DNA from: a virus
Length of the DNA: 64,000 nucleotides
Reading direction: 5' to 3' (one strand)
Virus record (IMG/VR): IMGVR_UViG_3300033145_001546
Location: 1-64,000 of that record
The notes under the pieces are model-generated. The model made no database searches and was not told where the DNA came from. It worked only from the letters and a program-made list of their open reading frames with translations. How positions within the stretch are numbered: the stretch's first letter is position 1; each line of letters starts with the position of its first letter. Shown piece by piece: positions 29,148 to 38,366 of this stretch. Position numbers and translations under genes: made by a program.

Positions 29148-29354
29148 ATGGTAAACTTTAGAGAGATTGTCAGAGAACTAATTACCAAAAAGGATATTAG
29201 TATTGCCAAACTTGCCCGAAAAGCAGATTTGAACCATACCACTGTCTACAATTACCTAAATGAACACTCAGAGATGACTTCTGCCAATTTGGAAAAACTA
29301 TTGAACACTTTAGAATCTCTGCCTACCCGCAGAAAGAAAGGAGTCAAAGAATGA
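29148..29354 (+). CDS. XRE/Cro-type HTH regulator
   Basis: ISIAKLARKADLNHTTVYNYLN. Confidence 0.85.
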   Translation: MVNFREIVRELITKKDISIAKLARKADLNHTTVYNYLNEHSEMTSANLEKLLNTLESLPTRRKKGVKE

Positions 29355-29884
29355 CCCCCACATCGAGCCTTATAATGAAAGATGCTCTCACAGAAACGTA
29401 CCAAGACATTCAAAATCTTATCTATGATACTGTCTGGAAGTTCAAGAGAGCAAACGGAGGTGATTTTGATGATATGATATCCACAGCAAACGTGATATAT
29501 ATGGAGGCCTTTTTTTCCTACGACGCAAGCCGGGCATCCTTTTCCACATGGCTTCATACTAAGGTGTGGAAAGGCCTGCTGGAATACCAACGGCAAACTC
29601 TGATGCGCAGCTGGCAGCAAACGGGGATTGATTTGAAAGACATGCCCACACCGTCTGTCATTCCCTTTTGTGAACTATTATCAGAACTGAGCAGAGACGC
29701 CCGGACCATTGTCGAATTGATATTGGAATTACCAGACAATGTAGAGCAAGAGGCTTTGAGCAAAGGGACCCATCCCTGCCATATCCGGGCGGCGTTGCGT
29801 TTATATCTTCAAACCTTTTTGGGCTGGTCTGAAGCCCACGTTGTCCAAACTTTTCAAGAGATTGCTGAGGTGATAAATGACTAA
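29351..29884 (+). CDS. Sigma factor-like protein (region 2)
   Basis: DFDDMIS...EAFFSYDASRASFSTWL. Confidence 0.6.
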   Translation: MTPTSSLIMKDALTETYQDIQNLIYDTVWKFKRANGGDFDDMISTANVIYMEAFFSYDASRASFSTWLHTKVWKGLLEYQRQTLMRSWQQTGIDLKDMPTPSVIPFCELLSELSRDARTIVELILELPDNVEQEALSKGTHPCHIRAALRLYLQTFLGWSEAHVVQTFQEIAEVIND

Positions 29885-31244
29885 GCCCAGACTATATGGG
29901 TATCAAAAAAGAGCCGTCAGGACGATAATAAAACACAACGGATTAGCTTTATTAGCCGATGATATGGGGCTGGGAAAAACCTGGGAGGCTTTGGGGTATT
30001 GCAAAAAATGTCCAGAGAAAAGGCCTATCATTGTTGTTTGTCCTGCCAACGTCAAATGGATATGGGAAGTGGAAGCAAGACACCTTCTCAGAATCCGGGG
30101 CGTGGTTTTAAGTGGGCAAATTCCCCCCAAAGAAAAACTAATATCCATTCAGGAACTTTACATTATCAACTACGAGATATTGCAATTCTGGGTGCCATAT
30201 CTGAAAAAACTTCAACCCCAAATTCTCATAATAGACGAATGCCATTACATCAAGAGCCGGGGAGCAAAGAGAACAAGAGCCGTGGGGAGATTGCGAAAAA
30301 ACATCGCCCACTTCCTTCCCATTAGCGGAACACCCATGCTCAGTCGTCCTGCTGAATTGTATTCGGTTCTTCACATGCTCTGGCCCCAAGAATTTCCCAG
30401 TTTCCAAGCATTTGGGCATCGTTATTGTAAAGCACAATGGAGGCCATGGGGATGGGAATATAAGGGAGCATCCAACGTAAAGGAATTGCACCGCAAACTC
30501 AAGCGTTTGGGAATGATACGAAACTTGAAAAAAGACGTTCTCAAAGACCTACCCGACAAAACCCGCAGCGTGATTCCTGTGGAAATTGAAAACAGAGGGG
30601 AATACCGAGAGGCAGAAACAAATTTCATCACGTGGCTCACTAAGAAGTCATCAGCCAAAGCCAAACGTGCTGCCAGAGCCCAACAACTTGTTCAATTAGG
30701 ATATTTGAAACGACTGGCGGCAGACTTGAAAATGAAGATGGTAATGAAATGGATAGAAGACTTCCTGGAACAATCATCAGGCAAACTTGTGTTGTACGCC
30801 ATTCATAAGAAAATCATCAAGCAGATTCACGAGAAGTACCCCAAAATTTCAGTAGTGATAGACGGCAGCACCAGTCATAAGAACCGAAAAAGGGCGGTCA
30901 AGACTTTCCAACACCATAGTAAAATCCGATTGTTCATCGGGAATATAAGAGCAGCAGGAGTAGGGATAACGCTGACCGCTGCGCACACTCTGGCCTTTGT
31001 GGAGTTAGACTGGGTGCCGGGAAATCATACGCAGGCTGAGGACCGTATACACCGTATCGGGCAAAAGAATGCTGCTATGATATACTATCTGGTGGCCAAA
31101 GATACCATTGAAGAAAAACTGTGTAAAATTATTCAGAAGAAGCAACGCATTCTTTCGAGAGTATTAGACGGGAGCATTAAGAAAAACAAGCTGGACGTGT
31201 TTAAGTCCTTGAACAAAGCATTATTGAAAGGGAAAGTGAGATGA
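29877..31244 (+). CDS. SNF2/HARP-like helicase
   Basis: Motifs DDMGLGKT, DECH, SGTP, GVGITL and QAEDRIHRIGQ. Confidence 0.92.
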   Translation: MTKPRLYGYQKRAVRTIIKHNGLALLADDMGLGKTWEALGYCKKCPEKRPIIVVCPANVKWIWEVEARHLLRIRGVVLSGQIPPKEKLISIQELYIINYEILQFWVPYLKKLQPQILIIDECHYIKSRGAKRTRAVGRLRKNIAHFLPISGTPMLSRPAELYSVLHMLWPQEFPSFQAFGHRYCKAQWRPWGWEYKGASNVKELHRKLKRLGMIRNLKKDVLKDLPDKTRSVIPVEIENRGEYREAETNFITWLTKKSSAKAKRAARAQQLVQLGYLKRLAADLKMKMVMKWIEDFLEQSSGKLVLYAIHKKIIKQIHEKYPKISVVIDGSTSHKNRKRAVKTFQHHSKIRLFIGNIRAAGVGITLTAAHTLAFVELDWVPGNHTQAEDRIHRIGQKNAAMIYYLVAKDTIEEKLCKIIQKKQRILSRVLDGSIKKNKLDVFKSLNKALLKGKVR

Positions 31245-31543
31245 CTGAAAAAACAGAAGCACAAAAGTTCTTTGAATCAGATGTGGGCAAGATTGTCTTG
31301 CGCAATAGGCTGGCATCTTTGAAACTCAACATGCCATTCTGTAAAGTTTTCGGAAGACGACTGGTAACCTTTTGGCAGGGGAATATCTTGGGCTTGGATA
31401 TTATTGCCTTTGATAAATTCATAGAACCGGGGGACAACGAGAGTCTTAATCATGCCGTCCTCAGACGTTTTGGGCAAGAGGGTCTGGATATAATCAATGG
31501 ATTGTTAGGAATAGAAAATGAAAAAGAAAAGGAAAAAGAATAA
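31241..31543 (+). CDS. Hypothetical protein
   Basis: Coupled ORF with an RBS. Confidence 0.6.
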   Translation: MTEKTEAQKFFESDVGKIVLRNRLASLKLNMPFCKVFGRRLVTFWQGNILGLDIIAFDKFIEPGDNESLNHAVLRRFGQEGLDIINGLLGIENEKEKEKE

Positions 31544-31718
31544 GCCGACCAAACACCAAATGACTACCATGCTGCTTCGTGTACCACTGAACGTCAAATG
31601 TCAATTCAAAGCTCATTGTAGCAGACGGGGCAGAACCATGACCGAAGTGGTCATAGAGGCAATGAGACTGGCGTACAGAGTTGACAAGAGAATCCGCAGA
31701 AAAAAGGGGAAAGACTAA
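31518..31718 (+). CDS. Ribbon-helix-helix-like DNA-binding protein
   Basis: MLLRVPLNVKCQFKAHCSRRGRTMTEVV. Confidence 0.55.
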   Translation: MKKKRKKNKPTKHQMTTMLLRVPLNVKCQFKAHCSRRGRTMTEVVIEAMRLAYRVDKRIRRKKGKD

Positions 31719-32584
31719 TGAACTTCTCTGACATCTTATCTCAACACAACATTGAAATTGCACCGGAGAGCAACGAGCATGCCCGTCCGGGCTGGCTGCA
31801 AGTGGACTGTCCCTTTTGCGAAAAAGAGGCCAAGCAATTCCACATGGGCTATTCTTTAGAGGGGAACTACGTCAATTGCTACCGATGTGGATATCATTCT
31901 TTAATTTCAACCCTGATGGAAATGACTGAAAAATCCTACCGGAATTGCAACAAGATGTTGGAGGAATTAGAGACAGAAACCTTTGACACCCCATCCATCA
32001 AAGGCAAACTTGTTATCCCAGACGGAGTGGGGGAACTTAAAAGAGTTCACAAAAAGTATTTGAGGGGTAGGAACTTTGACGTCAAAGATATTCAAAAGAC
32101 ATGGCAAATAAAAGGTATCGGAATGCACGCAAGTTTGGCGTGGCGTATCTTTATCCCTATAATTTACAGGGGGGATATAGTCAGCTGGACTACACGTTCC
32201 GTGTCCTCTGACAATCCTAAGAGATATATATCTGCATCGAAAGAGCATGAAGCCCTGCCCGCCAAATCTCTGTTGTACGGAGAGGACCTTACCAATGATG
32301 CTATAATCATTTGCGAGGGACCATTAGATGTGTGGAGAATAGGACCGGGGGCAGTGGCAACGATGGGCGTGGGTTACTCTCAAGGGCAAGTTGAAAAAAT
32401 CATTAAGCATCATAAGAGAATAATTTGCTTTGACAATGAGCCAGAGGCCCAAAAGAGGGCGAAACGATTATGCAATGACATATCCTCTTTCCCCGGAGAG
32501 ACTTTCAATGCGGTATTAAACGGAAAAGATGCTGCCGAATCGAGTGACAAGGACATTTGGAAATTAAGGAGGGCCTTATTATGA
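31718..32584 (+). CDS. DNA primase (zinc finger plus Toprim)
   Basis: CPFC...CYRC, CEGPLD, CFDNE. Confidence 0.85.
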   Translation: MNFSDILSQHNIEIAPESNEHARPGWLQVDCPFCEKEAKQFHMGYSLEGNYVNCYRCGYHSLISTLMEMTEKSYRNCNKMLEELETETFDTPSIKGKLVIPDGVGELKRVHKKYLRGRNFDVKDIQKTWQIKGIGMHASLAWRIFIPIIYRGDIVSWTTRSVSSDNPKRYISASKEHEALPAKSLLYGEDLTNDAIIICEGPLDVWRIGPGAVATMGVGYSQGQVEKIIKHHKRIICFDNEPEAQKRAKRLCNDISSFPGETFNAVLNGKDAAESSDKDIWKLRRALL

Positions 32585-32952
32585 ACGAGGAAAAGAAATG
32601 TGCAAATTGTCTACACAGATTGGATTTCTTACACAAGGAATCCCCACATCAAAAATGTAAAGGATGCATCAACCACTGTAATTGGGAGCCTTTGCTCAAC
32701 ATACCAGAACCAACTATCACCCCTTCCATAGACCCTTCCACAACAATTTTTATCTATCCGTATATCCTGATGAGGTTGATAGCATTATACGACCGATATA
32801 TCGAATTGAGTCTATCATTGCCTCTAATAAAGGGGTCCGAAGACGAGATATCAACTATGGAAGAATTTCTCAATCATATCGTAACAAGGGGAATAAACCA
32901 GTATTCTCAGGACATGGACATCTTTGAAAAAAGACTCGGAATAAAAAAATAA
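32581..32952 (+). CDS. Hypothetical protein
   Basis: Coupled ORF with a Cys-rich N-terminus. Confidence 0.55.
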   Translation: MNEEKKCANCLHRLDFLHKESPHQKCKGCINHCNWEPLLNIPEPTITPSIDPSTTIFIYPYILMRLIALYDRYIELSLSLPLIKGSEDEISTMEEFLNHIVTRGINQYSQDMDIFEKRLGIKK

Positions 32953-32976
32953 AAATTATTCCGGGAATGTCCCCCC

Positions 32977-32990
32977 TTTTTCCGATAATA
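32977..32990 (+). promoter_or_regulatory. Phage motif TTTTTCCGATAATA, copy 2
   Basis: Exact match; intergenic. Confidence 0.65.
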
Positions 32991-33138
32991 AGTATAGGAC
33001 CAGGATTTTTGAAAGGATGCTGATATTGAATTCGCCATCGTATATCAGTAAAAAAGGCATTATAGGGTGCAGGCCACTTGTCATGGGCTTTCGGGCGAAT
33101 TCACCGTGACAGGTGGTTTCTATATATAGAGGTGTGAT

Positions 33139-33882
33139 ATGAAATCCAAAGAACCTGTAGAAAGGGACTTCAAAGGTGTTTGGATTCCCAAGCATATATA
33201 TGAGAACAAACACCTTAGCTGGACGGAGAAGATACTATTGGTGGAAATAGGAAACTTAGACCACGGAGAAGGCTGCTTTGCCTCCAATCAGTATCTTGCA
33301 GACTTCCTACACAAATCTGAAAGCCAGGTGGCCAACCTCATTAGTAAATTAAGGAAAGAGGGTTTCTTAAAAAATAGGAAATTTGATGGTCGAAAAAGAC
33401 ACATCAGCCTTACTAAAAACCGTAAACCAGCTTTACGGAAAACCGGAGCTATAGTAAAAGAGTATAGTAAAACAGTCGCGGGTAAAACCCACGACAAATT
33501 GATACCTTCCAAAAAACCATCCAATAAGTCTTTTAGTAAGTCATGTGCCCAGAGGTTAGAAAAAACCATCCGAGAGAAAAGGAAAATCTTCAGGAAGGTA
33601 GACCAGAAAAAATGGGCCCAGCATTTTTGTAAACTAAGAATGGAGTATCATCTTAAAAAAAGTCGTGTCACTTCTGTGTTGAAATGGTACATTGCTCATT
33701 TCGGAGAAGAATTTGTGCCTGTAGCTTATTCGGCCAAGACTTTTTGTGATAAGTTCTTTCAAATAGAAGATGCCAGAAACCGTTATAATAAAGACGTTGA
33801 TGAGGGCCGAACAGCCCCTAAAGTTGTAGGCAAAAGGACTCGAATGAAACCTATCACTTCTGCACATCAAGGATATGAATGA
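33139..33882 (+). CDS. Winged-HTH replication initiator-like protein
   Basis: FKGVWIP, LSWTEKILL, CFASNQYLA; precedes the helicase. Confidence 0.7.
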   Translation: MKSKEPVERDFKGVWIPKHIYENKHLSWTEKILLVEIGNLDHGEGCFASNQYLADFLHKSESQVANLISKLRKEGFLKNRKFDGRKRHISLTKNRKPALRKTGAIVKEYSKTVAGKTHDKLIPSKKPSNKSFSKSCAQRLEKTIREKRKIFRKVDQKKWAQHFCKLRMEYHLKKSRVTSVLKWYIAHFGEEFVPVAYSAKTFCDKFFQIEDARNRYNKDVDEGRTAPKVVGKRTRMKPITSAHQGYE

Positions 33883-35273
33883 GAATAGAAAAGAAAACGA
33901 ATAATGATGAGAGACGAGTATTGACCGGCATGATTGTAGATAAGATTGTGCTGGGTAGGATATACGCCAAATACGAACCGGGGATGTTTCAATCCAAATG
34001 GGCCAACCTTATAGCCCGATGGTGCGTGAAGTATTATAAAAAGTATGAGAAAGCACCGCTGAATCAAATCGAGGAATTGTACGAAAGATGGTCCACTAAG
34101 TCTAAAGACAAACACACCATCAATCTTATGGAAAGGTTTTTGGGTGGACTGTCGGATGAGTACGAGCAGGCCGAAAAAGAATCCAACAGTGATTATCTTA
34201 TAGACTTGGCAGGACGTCATTTCAATCAGGTCAAGATTAAAAGATTGATGGAGGAGATGGAAAGCAGTCTGGATGACGGGACGCCTGAAAAAGCAGCTGA
34301 AATGGTTGCCTCTTATAATCAAATTGAGATGGGTGTAGGGGAGGGGATAGACATATTACAAGACAAGGAGGCCATACGTGAGGCCTTTTTGGATAAGCAA
34401 GAACCGTTGATAACATATCCGGGGGCGTTGGGAAGGTTCTTCAAGCCTGCATTAGAACGGGATGCCTTTGTAGCTTTCGTAGGTCCCGACAAGGTAGGCA
34501 AGTCTTTTTGGCTGATAGACATATCCTATCGAGCCATGACACAGCGCAAGAGAGTAGCTTATTTTGAGGCTGGGGACCAGAGTAAAAATCAAGTTATGAG
34601 ACGACTGATGACCCGAATTAGCAAACGTCCGATATATCCGTGTACGGTGGACATTCCTACATCTATAGAATTCGATAAGGAAACCAGACAGGCTCTGGTG
34701 GATTGGAACTCACAACCCTTTAAGAAAAAGATGTCTTGGCAGCATGCTTATAAAAAATGTAAAAAACTTATGAGGATAAAAGTTAAAAGCAAGGAATCCT
34801 ATTTCAAATTATCGTGCCATCCCAATTCCACTTTGTCCATAAGAATTATTCAAAGCATTCTTCAAAACTGGGCCAGAGATGGATGGGTGCCAGATGTTAT
34901 CGTGATAGACTACGCTGATATATTAGATATGAGTCATCCAAAGTTAGAGGGCCGGGACCTAATTGACGAGACGTGGAAGAGATTGCGTTCTATGTCACAA
35001 ATATATCACTGCCTGGTAGTTACAGCCACGCAGAGTGATGCAGCAGCCTATGGCACACGAGTCATCACTAAAGAGAATTTCTCAGGTGACAAGCGAAAGA
35101 ATGCACATGTGACAGGAATGATAGGTTTGAATCAGACAGATGCAGAAAAAAAGGACGGTGTAACCCGATTGAATTGGGTAGTACTCCGGGAGGGAAAATT
35201 TAGGGAAACCAAATGTGTACATGTGGCTGGGTGTCTGGGTGTAGCCAACCCTGCAATTAGAAGTTGTTGGTAA
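33879..35273 (+). CDS. DnaB-like replicative helicase
   Basis: GPDKVGKS, IVIDYAD, VTATQ. Confidence 0.88.
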   Translation: MRIEKKTNNDERRVLTGMIVDKIVLGRIYAKYEPGMFQSKWANLIARWCVKYYKKYEKAPLNQIEELYERWSTKSKDKHTINLMERFLGGLSDEYEQAEKESNSDYLIDLAGRHFNQVKIKRLMEEMESSLDDGTPEKAAEMVASYNQIEMGVGEGIDILQDKEAIREAFLDKQEPLITYPGALGRFFKPALERDAFVAFVGPDKVGKSFWLIDISYRAMTQRKRVAYFEAGDQSKNQVMRRLMTRISKRPIYPCTVDIPTSIEFDKETRQALVDWNSQPFKKKMSWQHAYKKCKKLMRIKVKSKESYFKLSCHPNSTLSIRIIQSILQNWARDGWVPDVIVIDYADILDMSHPKLEGRDLIDETWKRLRSMSQIYHCLVVTATQSDAAAYGTRVITKENFSGDKRKNAHVTGMIGLNQTDAEKKDGVTRLNWVVLREGKFRETKCVHVAGCLGVANPAIRSCW

Positions 35274-35290
35274 ATTGAAAGGAAAAGAAA

Positions 35291-35677
35291 ATGTACCGAC
35301 TTAAAGCAATAAGATATGGTGTTGAGGATTTTGCCCGGAATTTTGAGAACAAAGCTGCTGCCAAAGAAGCAGCCCAAGATGATTATGGGGAAGATGGAAT
35401 CCGGTGGAAAGTCAAACGAAATCAAAAGGGAAAAAAGGTAGGGGCCACATCAAGGGATTTGGGCCCTGTGATGTATGACATTACCAAGGTAGAGACCTTC
35501 CCAATAATGAAGATGGTCCCCTTTGTGCCCTACGAGCGCACTGTGAGAGATTTTGTTGAGGACATGATTTCCAAAGGCTGGAGGCCAAAGGAAGTCTATG
35601 CAATAGCTTTGGGCTGTCGTTGGAGGCACCATTTAGAGGCCGTAAAAGGGGTTCTTGAAGAATTTTCGGAAAATTAA
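35291..35677 (+). CDS. Hypothetical protein
   Basis: RBS TTGAAAGGAAAAG; 128 aa. Confidence 0.6.
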   Translation: MYRLKAIRYGVEDFARNFENKAAAKEAAQDDYGEDGIRWKVKRNQKGKKVGATSRDLGPVMYDITKVETFPIMKMVPFVPYERTVRDFVEDMISKGWRPKEVYAIALGCRWRHHLEAVKGVLEEFSEN

Positions 35678-35703
35678 AAGATTTATCCACAACAAGTACA
35701 GAC

Positions 35704-35717
35704 TTTTTCCGATAATA
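35704..35717 (+). promoter_or_regulatory. Phage motif TTTTTCCGATAATA, copy 3
   Basis: Exact match; intergenic. Confidence 0.65.
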
Positions 35718-35778
35718 GATAACATAGATAGGACGAAAGAAAGAAGACAATTAAATTTAATTTGGAAAGGGCAAGACA

Positions 35779-36327
35779 GTGGCAAAAAAGACGAACAAAA
35801 TGAAAATCTCGCAGGAAAAGGCCGTGAGGGTGTTTGAGTACTTCGGCTTCAAAACAGCCGCCAAATGGACCCCAGAGAGGATGACGGAGAAGCTGATTAC
35901 CCTCATCGAGTCTCTGGATCCCAAAACCAAGTTCAAGAGTAAGAAGGTCAAGGCTCTCTGCCTGGAACTTGCTGCCGCCGACAAGATTGTGGTGTCGGCC
36001 AAGAAAAAGGATGCCGACGAGGACGAGAAGGATACCAGCAAGGAGGGTAAGGACAAGAAGGGCAAGGGCAAGGACAAAAAGAAAGCCCCCGCCAAGAAGA
36101 GGGGTATCACCCGTCTGGATGCTTCGGTGAAGGTGCTGAGAAGCATGAAGAAAAAAGGCCTGACAGTGGAAGAGGCCGTGGGTGAAGCCGATGCCCTTTA
36201 CGTGGAGAAGGGCGGTACGGCAAACATGAATGAGTCTGCGTACTCTTTCAAGTTGGCAGCACGGGTCCTTGAGGTGGCAGACATCGTCGTCTTTTCGGAA
36301 GACCGGAAGACGGTCAAGCCTGCCTAA
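35779..36327 (+). CDS. Lys-rich protein, probably abundant and DNA-binding
   Basis: K/A-rich; G/C-ending codons like the SSB gene; has its own promoter motif and terminator. Confidence 0.65.
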   Translation: MAKKTNKMKISQEKAVRVFEYFGFKTAAKWTPERMTEKLITLIESLDPKTKFKSKKVKALCLELAAADKIVVSAKKKDADEDEKDTSKEGKDKKGKGKDKKKAPAKKRGITRLDASVKVLRSMKKKGLTVEEAVGEADALYVEKGGTANMNESAYSFKLAARVLEVADIVVFSEDRKTVKPA

Positions 36328-36345
36328 AGGCCCCCACAATAGGGA

Positions 36346-36398
36346 TTGGTTTGGGTTGCTGTTGCTTTCCCTTCGGCAACCCAAACCCAATTTTTTTG
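36346..36398 (+). terminator. Rho-independent terminator
   Basis: TTGGTTTGGGTTGC...GCAACCCAAACCCAA followed by a T-run. Confidence 0.7.
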
Positions 36399-36432
36399 TT
36401 TGCTAATTTTGTGGCGTGGTTGGGACCCAAAC

Positions 36433-37506
36433 GTGAAAAATAAATCTACAACACGGACGTATGGTGCTGCAGTAAGTGTGCGAGGGGACTGTTTGTACTG
36501 TCCTCTTCCTTTAAGTATTGACTCATATTTCAATTGCCTAACCGATTGTCACCATTGTTATTCACGCCGATTAAACCGCACGTGGGGCACAGACCTTAGA
36601 CCTGCCGACCCGGAACAAGTGCGAAAGAAACTTGAAAATGGATTGAAAAATAAAAATCCCCGGTCATCATTGGCTTGGGCTTTGAGACATAAGAAAACCT
36701 TGCGATTAGGCAACCGCACTGATCCATACCAAGATGCAGAAATGGAACATGAAGTTACTCGTAGGATTCTCAGACATTTGATTGATTTGGAGTGGACCTT
36801 TGTTATTCAAACTAAATTCTTAAACAACATGACACGGGATTGGGAACTGTTACAAGAGGCGGCAAAGAAGGAACTGCTAATTGTCATGCCTATCATAACG
36901 CCGGGGGGCTCATACGATTGGAAGGTGTTGGAAAGAAAGAGGACTTCATCCATTGCTACCAGATTAAACATTATCCGCCAAATGATAGATGCTGGTTGGC
37001 ACGTGGGGGTGAATGGAGAGCCTTTCATTCCCGGACTTCATACCATACATCAATTCCAAAAGATAATAAGACGATTGAAAGAGGTCGGGGTGTGTAGTTA
37101 TAATACCTATAATCTCCACCTCAATGACTACGTGGCCAAGCAGTTGCATTCTATCGGATTAGACATCGAGAAAATATGGACGATGAATCAGGATAAGAAC
37201 TGGGCCCCAATTCAAAAGGAACTCTGTTGCATAGCCCAACAGGAAGGAATGATTTTAGGATGCCCTGATTTCGTCAATACTGGACCGGATTGGAGGGAAC
37301 GAACTAACACGTGTTGTGGCATCCGGGTCCCAAATCCGTCCAAGTTCAATACCCATACTTGGAAACGACGATTGCAACGGGGGAAACCTGCCAACAGAGT
37401 TTTGAGAGGGACGTGGGAGGGGATAGGAGATAAGGAATTAGGCAAAAAGATAGTCAAGGGTGTGCCTTGCGATAATTATACGATGAAAGACGCAGGAATG
37501 ATTTGA
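36433..37506 (+). CDS. Radical SAM enzyme 1 (spore photoproduct lyase-like)
   Basis: CPLPLSIDSYFNCLTDCHHC (CxxxCxxC), TDPYQ, IQTK, EPFIPG; start placed at GTG 36433. Confidence 0.85.
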   Translation: MKNKSTTRTYGAAVSVRGDCLYCPLPLSIDSYFNCLTDCHHCYSRRLNRTWGTDLRPADPEQVRKKLENGLKNKNPRSSLAWALRHKKTLRLGNRTDPYQDAEMEHEVTRRILRHLIDLEWTFVIQTKFLNNMTRDWELLQEAAKKELLIVMPIITPGGSYDWKVLERKRTSSIATRLNIIRQMIDAGWHVGVNGEPFIPGLHTIHQFQKIIRRLKEVGVCSYNTYNLHLNDYVAKQLHSIGLDIEKIWTMNQDKNWAPIQKELCCIAQQEGMILGCPDFVNTGPDWRERTNTCCGIRVPNPSKFNTHTWKRRLQRGKPANRVLRGTWEGIGDKELGKKIVKGVPCDNYTMKDAGMI

Positions 37507-38366
37507 TAAGAAAAAATACTCCAATTGAAACTTACGATGTCCGGGGAAGGACGGTGTATGTTAAAAGGGAGGACCTGTGCACTGAGCCTCCAGGTCCCCC
37601 TTTTAGCAAATGCCGGGGGCTGTATGCCAAATTGAAAAAGATGCGGGACGAGGGCGTGGAAGTAGTTGGTTATGTAGAGACCCCAATTTCGATGGCGGGC
37701 TGGGGTGTGGCGTGGATAGCAAAAAAATTAGGTTTGAAAGCTGTAATCTTTGATCCACAATACCTCCACACACCCCCCGCCACCATTTTGATACATAGAG
37801 AAAAGTGGAAACAATACAACCCTGATATTATCCCCATTACAGCTGGAATGACCTGTGTGAATCAGCACATTGCAAAGAAGATGCTGAAAAAAGAGTATGG
37901 ACGGAAAGCTGTGATGCTTCCTATCGGCATCCCTTTTCAAGAGACAATAGAGGAAACGAGCAAAGAATTTCTGCGACTCGTAGGAAAAAAACCATGGTTA
38001 TTTCTTAAGCATATTGTGGTTTGTGTGGGGTCCGGAACGATTTGTTCCGGGCTGTTGAAAGCCCTGCAAGGAATAGGAGGAGATATAGAATTGATAGGGG
38101 TGATGGCCTACGATAAAAATATGAGGAAGAAAAGGAAGTCTATTTTCATCAAAGCTGGGGCGAAGGACCAAGGCACCCTTTTCCCCTCCAAAGTAGATTT
38201 CAGATTAGTAAATGAGAAATGGGAATACACCGAATCGTCAACTGTTGACTGCCCTTTCCCTTGTCATGCTTACTACGACTTGAAAGCATGGGAATGGCTG
38301 GTGAAGAATATTCACACTTTGAAAGGGACAGTACTGTTTTGGAATATAGGGAGTGAAGCAGTGTGA
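37503..38366 (+). CDS. Fold-type II PLP-dependent enzyme
   Basis: VYVKREDL...FSKCRG, CVGSGT, YYDLKAW, LFWNIG. Confidence 0.8.
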   Translation: MIRKNTPIETYDVRGRTVYVKREDLCTEPPGPPFSKCRGLYAKLKKMRDEGVEVVGYVETPISMAGWGVAWIAKKLGLKAVIFDPQYLHTPPATILIHREKWKQYNPDIIPITAGMTCVNQHIAKKMLKKEYGRKAVMLPIGIPFQETIEETSKEFLRLVGKKPWLFLKHIVVCVGSGTICSGLLKALQGIGGDIELIGVMAYDKNMRKKRKSIFIKAGAKDQGTLFPSKVDFRLVNEKWEYTESSTVDCPFPCHAYYDLKAWEWLVKNIHTLKGTVLFWNIGSEAV

